From Fibrobacteria bacterium (GTDB lineage: Bacteria; Fibrobacterota; Fibrobacteria; UBA11236), in contig JBGTHM010000057.1 in the NCBI GenBank assembly GCA_041746255.1, positions 1-21,231 of the forward strand: a stretch of 21,231 bases of DNA, read 5' to 3'. A program made the position numbers and the translations under genes. Positions 17,713-21,231 of this stretch are shown one piece after another (the stretch's first letter is position 1; each line of letters starts with the position of its first letter). The notes under the pieces were generated by a model. That model saw only the letters and a program-made list of their open reading frames with translations, ran no database searches and had not been told where the DNA came from.

Positions 17713-19419
17713 ATGGGCGCCCTAAAACCTGTTTTCGCCTTATTTTGGGGTTGCCTGATATTCGAACCGTACGCACAGTTCACCTTTCCGGGCTGCAAAG
17801 ACCTGGTTCGCGGCGATTTCAAACTGGTGGAAGTGACGAAGTCGCCGGCGTACCATCTCCAACATCTTCCCGACGGGAGGATCTTTTATACGAGCGGCAG
17901 GGGCGGCGAAGGGACCATTCATGTCTATGATGCCGCCAAGCGGACGTCGATAGCCCTTAAAAATTCGGGTGGAGGCCGAAATTTTGGAATTGCGCTGGCT
18001 CCCGATTTTGATCAATCCAAATGGATTTACACTTATGATTCCAAGGTTTTTGGAAAAGGTTATCTCTACCGTCAAACTTATGACGAAAGCGATCATTCCC
18101 TGAATTCCAAAAAACTTATTCTCGAATATGTTGACGGTTTAAGCGGCACGGATCACGCCGGCGGCGGTTTTGCCTTCGACCGGGACGGCAATTTGCTCTT
18201 GGCCATTGGGGACAACGCCAACCCGGGTGACGGATTCGGTTCCATTAACGAATCCAAAAACAATTTCAGCTCATTGCGTACGGCAGCAAATACGAACAGT
18301 CTGATGGGAAAGCTCTTGAGGATAAAACCCATTCCTTTTCCCGATAACCAAAACCCCAAAGCCGGTCTAGGGCAGACCTATGCTGTTCCTCCGGGAAATC
18401 TGGGAGAAACCTTTCGCCAAAGCATGAACTGGACGCCTCAGGATATGGAAAAGATCCGACCCGAAGTTTATACCATGGGCCACCGGAATCCCTGGAATCT
18501 GGGATACGACCCGGCGCACAACTGGATCTTGCTTCCCGAACCCGGTCCGCGCGCGGAAGCGAACGACCCCGCCAGAGGTCCGATGGGGGGTGACGAATTC
18601 AACCTGGTGAAATCTCCCGGAAATTACGGGTGGCCCATGTTTATCGGTCCCAATCTTCCTTTTAATTTTTTCGATTACCAAAACAATAAAATGGGTCCCT
18701 GGTTCGACCCGGCCCAACCTACGAATACCTCCCGGTTCAATACCGGGGTGGAAAAACTACCTCCACCTAGGCCCGCATTGTTTTTTCATCTGAAAAATCA
18801 AACCTTGATGCTTTGGCAAAAGGGCGCCCCGGTAGTTTATGATACCGATAAACTTTGGAATGGCACGGGCAAAAAAAATCAAGCTACGGTGGCAGGACCA
18901 ATGGTCAATTATTCGGTCAACAGCACTGACGCGGCCAGGCTACCCCCTCAATTGCATAGGTCATGGTTGATTTCGGACTATTATTTGAAAACAGTCAAGG
19001 CGCTGGCCTTGGATGAAACAGGGGAGAACGTCTTGGGGATACATGATGTGGTGGATGCCCCGGCTAGCGTCACGAATCTTTCCATTAATCATCAGGGAGT
19101 GGCCTATATGACCGCCCAAACCCATGGGATGTATCGCATCGAATATACGGGTACTTGCCAGACCAAACAGTTGCCGGCGGTTTCCGTGCATGCCGCGCTT
19201 CATCGCTCTTCGTTGAAAAATTCAACCCGCATGCTCATAACCCAGGAAAGCTTAAAATCCTGGCCTCCTCCGCCAAGCGCCAAATCGGTTAGCCTGTTCG
19301 ATTTGCAAGGCAAACTCTTATTCGAAAAACAACTGTCTGATGGAAACTCAATTTTGCCGGAATACCCAAAAGGTAAAAACCGTTTGGTGATGCTGGTTAT
19401 TCAATATCCAGGGGATTGA
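17713..19419 (+). CDS. GSDH-family (PQQ-dependent sugar dehydrogenase-like) beta-propeller with T9SS-type tail, paralog of 4727..6538
   Basis: 568 aa; GAGGA RBS; signal peptide. Motifs IALAPDFDQSKWIY, DHAGGGFAFDRDGNLLLAIGDN, AANTNSLMGKLLRIKP, EVYTMGHRNPW, DEFNLVKSPGNYGWP. Tail LFDLQGKLL. Confidence 0.87.
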   Translation: MGALKPVFALFWGCLIFEPYAQFTFPGCKDLVRGDFKLVEVTKSPAYHLQHLPDGRIFYTSGRGGEGTIHVYDAAKRTSIALKNSGGGRNFGIALAPDFDQSKWIYTYDSKVFGKGYLYRQTYDESDHSLNSKKLILEYVDGLSGTDHAGGGFAFDRDGNLLLAIGDNANPGDGFGSINESKNNFSSLRTAANTNSLMGKLLRIKPIPFPDNQNPKAGLGQTYAVPPGNLGETFRQSMNWTPQDMEKIRPEVYTMGHRNPWNLGYDPAHNWILLPEPGPRAEANDPARGPMGGDEFNLVKSPGNYGWPMFIGPNLPFNFFDYQNNKMGPWFDPAQPTNTSRFNTGVEKLPPPRPALFFHLKNQTLMLWQKGAPVVYDTDKLWNGTGKKNQATVAGPMVNYSVNSTDAARLPPQLHRSWLISDYYLKTVKALALDETGENVLGIHDVVDAPASVTNLSINHQGVAYMTAQTHGMYRIEYTGTCQTKQLPAVSVHAALHRSSLKNSTRMLITQESLKSWPPPPSAKSVSLFDLQGKLLFEKQLSDGNSILPEYPKGKNRLVMLVIQYPGD

Positions 19420-19423
19420 TTTT

Positions 19424-20863
19424 ATGACCCATAAAACAAAACGACTCCATATGAAACTGACTTTTCCGGTTACCGTGGCTTTAGGTCTGATAGCCAATGG
19501 TCTTGCCCAGGACGGAAAAATCTATTTCGAAAAAATCACCCTCCACGAAGGCAACGCCTCGGAGGGCGTATCCGTGGGCGATTTTAATAATGACGGCCAT
19601 TTGGACGCTTCCAACGGTCTCTATTGGTGGCCGGGACCCGACTGGAAGAAGAAACACCGTATGGGTCCCACGGGTAATTTGGATTATCCGCTAAACGATT
19701 ACGCCTATTACTATATGCCTATTCGTCCGCTGGACATCAACAATGACGGCTGGCTGGACGTACCCTTCCAAAGAGGCTTGAAGAATGGGTTCTGGCTGGA
19801 AAACCCGGGTCCGGGCAAACAGGAAGGCCTTTGGAAGGAACATACTTTCTCACCCATCGGCGGAGAGTCCGCCCAGGTCTATCCACTGTTTGGCGGCAAA
19901 GCCGATGTGCTGCTTTCCAACAATATCCCCAGCGGAACCACGGGTCCGCTCACTTGGAGCAAATACGATACGGCGACGAAAAAATGGGTTTACAACAGAA
20001 TCTCCGCTACGAATTATCCGCATAACCACCACGGCTTGGGTCTGGGAGATATTACCGGTAATGGCCGTAACGATGTCCTGGTCTATGACGGATGGTTCGA
20101 ACAACCGGCCGTGGTTGAAAAGGATGTCGCCTGGAAATTCCACCCGTTTAAACATAAGAACCCCTACCAGACAAGCGGATATACGGGAGGCTCACATATG
20201 TTCGCAGCCGACTTTACCGGCAATGGAAAGGCCGATTTCGTAACCTCTCTCAACGGCCATGGCTGGGGACTGGCCTGGTATGAACAGGTGGAAGAGAATG
20301 GAGGAATCTCTTTCAAGCAGCATATCATCATGGGAGACGCGAACGAAAAATCGAAATATGGTCTGGCGTTTTCCCAATTGCATTCCCTGGCCTTAGTCGA
20401 TATCAACGGGGACGGCCTTAAGGACATTGTTACCGGAAAACGCTGGGCCGCCAAAACCAGCGACCCCGACAGCCGAGGCGACGCCGTGATCTATTGGTTC
20501 GAACAGCGCCGCACCAGCAGCGGCACCCAATTCATTCCCCATCTGGTGGATGCGAACTCGGGGTCGGGCCTCACTTTGGAAACCGTGGATATGGATGGCG
20601 ACGGGTTTCCCGATATTGTAACCACGAATAAAAAAGGAACTTTTATATTCCTGACCAGAGGCCATGCCAAGACCGGAGTGGCTATGCCTTCACCTTCACT
20701 CAAATACAACCGATACGGTCTGTTTCAACCCGTTATGCTTTACCCCCATTCCGCCGATAAAACCTTGGGCCAAGAGCGCTATAACTTGACGGGCCGCTTC
20801 GGGAGCCCTTCCCGGTATTCTCCGGGCTTGTACATTGAGAAGGTGCGGTCCGATGGAAATTAA
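19424..20863 (+). CDS. FG-GAP/VCBS-repeat beta-propeller protein, secreted, paralog of 3320..4699
   Basis: 479 aa (start may be ATG 19451); signal peptide ending GLA-Q. Loops DFNNDGHLD, DINNDGWLD, DITGNGRND, DFTGNGKAD, DINGDGLKD, DMDGDGFPD. Tail YNLTGR...PGLYIEK. Confidence 0.9.
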   Translation: MTHKTKRLHMKLTFPVTVALGLIANGLAQDGKIYFEKITLHEGNASEGVSVGDFNNDGHLDASNGLYWWPGPDWKKKHRMGPTGNLDYPLNDYAYYYMPIRPLDINNDGWLDVPFQRGLKNGFWLENPGPGKQEGLWKEHTFSPIGGESAQVYPLFGGKADVLLSNNIPSGTTGPLTWSKYDTATKKWVYNRISATNYPHNHHGLGLGDITGNGRNDVLVYDGWFEQPAVVEKDVAWKFHPFKHKNPYQTSGYTGGSHMFAADFTGNGKADFVTSLNGHGWGLAWYEQVEENGGISFKQHIIMGDANEKSKYGLAFSQLHSLALVDINGDGLKDIVTGKRWAAKTSDPDSRGDAVIYWFEQRRTSSGTQFIPHLVDANSGSGLTLETVDMDGDGFPDIVTTNKKGTFIFLTRGHAKTGVAMPSPSLKYNRYGLFQPVMLYPHSADKTLGQERYNLTGRFGSPSRYSPGLYIEKVRSDGN

Positions 20864-21075
20864 TTACCTGGCGATTGGAAAAAATATCCGGCGATACAGT
20901 CCCGACGTTTCTTCCTCCCTATGTAAAATTGTTGCTTAGCGTCGAGCATTATCTTGCTTCTGCCGCTTACGCCGAGTTCCGTATTGATAGTATGCCAAAT
21001 GCCGCGTTCAACCTGATAGAAATGCTGAATGGTTTTCCCCAACCGATGAGTAAAATGAGGGAGATCCTCCGGAAT
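20860..21075 (-). pseudogene. Internal fragment of a fourth BNR_4 paralog
   Basis: The minus-strand frame reads IPEDLPHFTHRLGKTIQHFYQVERGIWHTINTELGVSGRSKIMLDAKQQFYI and aligns to DLKNRPHFVHRLGDMLHHFYRGEDGAWHKTNTG...RKKILTDAVHNAYI in 9652..11127. There is an in-frame stop just upstream (21082-21084) and no signal peptide or catalytic N-terminal half. Confidence 0.75.
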
Positions 21076-21090
21076 GAAAAATCATCTCGG

Positions 21091-21231
21091 GATAACGTAG
21101 GTTTTGTTTCGCAAAAATGAGGAGGCTCCTCAGTCTGATTAGATTTGAAGTTACCAGACTTTAACCCTAGTTCAGAAAGAGGAGCACATGGAAAATATAA
21201 TCCAAATCAACCAGGACCAAATCCGGAATCA
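21091..21231 (+). mobile_element. Left end of a probable IS256-family insertion sequence (runs off the window)
   Basis: GATAACGTAGGTTTTGTTTCGCAAAAA at 21091 resembles, from recall, IS256-type ends. It is followed by a structured leader, a strong RBS (AAAGAGGAG) and a transposase-like N-terminus. The partner inverted repeat is outside the window, so the boundary is approximate. Confidence 0.6.
21188..21231 (+). CDS. N-terminus of a probable IS256-family transposase (partial)
   Basis: GAGGAG RBS then MENIIQINQDQIRN(H/Q), matching the IIQIxxxxIxxHL N-terminal pattern I recall from one IS256 transposase clade. Only 14 full codons are visible. Confidence 0.6.
   Translation, partial: MENIIQINQDQIRN

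Noticed and set aside
20875..21120. 81-aa plus-strand ORF after the FG-GAP gene
   Set aside because: Spans the antisense BNR_4 remnant and the IS end; no coding support.
1..21231. CRISPR array, tRNA/rRNA, tandem DNA repeats, defence or phage genes
   Set aside because: None seen; intergenic gaps are short, and the repeated sequence is explained by protein paralogy and FG-GAP loops.

Overview
A dense cluster of 15 genes, all with predicted N-terminal signal peptides, plus a gene remnant and the first bases of a probable IS256-family element at the right edge. Twelve genes encode soluble exported proteins, most ending in a type IX secretion (T9SS)-like C-terminal tail: three BNR_4 seven-bladed propellers (the fold of PL24/PL42 Rha-GlcA lyases; one is cut by the left edge and missing from the ORF track), two convergent alginate-lyase-family (PF05426-like) paralogs, one jelly-roll lyase with a PL28-like Q-x-K/Y catalytic signature, three GSDH (soluble PQQ sugar dehydrogenase-like) propellers, two His-rich FG-GAP/VCBS propellers and one nucleoside-hydrolase-like protein. 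Three tandem small outer-membrane beta-barrels (DUF2490/KdgM-like) sit in the middle of the lyase run. No SusC/SusD, TonB receptor, recognisable glycoside hydrolase, sulfatase or regulator is visible. T9SS-type tails together with clear Shine-Dalgarno sites suggest a Fibrobacterota host (inference). Best hypothesis: a lyase-centred, SusCD-independent uronan-utilisation locus that imports oligouronates through small Arg-lined barrels. All family calls come from motif recognition by eye, not database searches.
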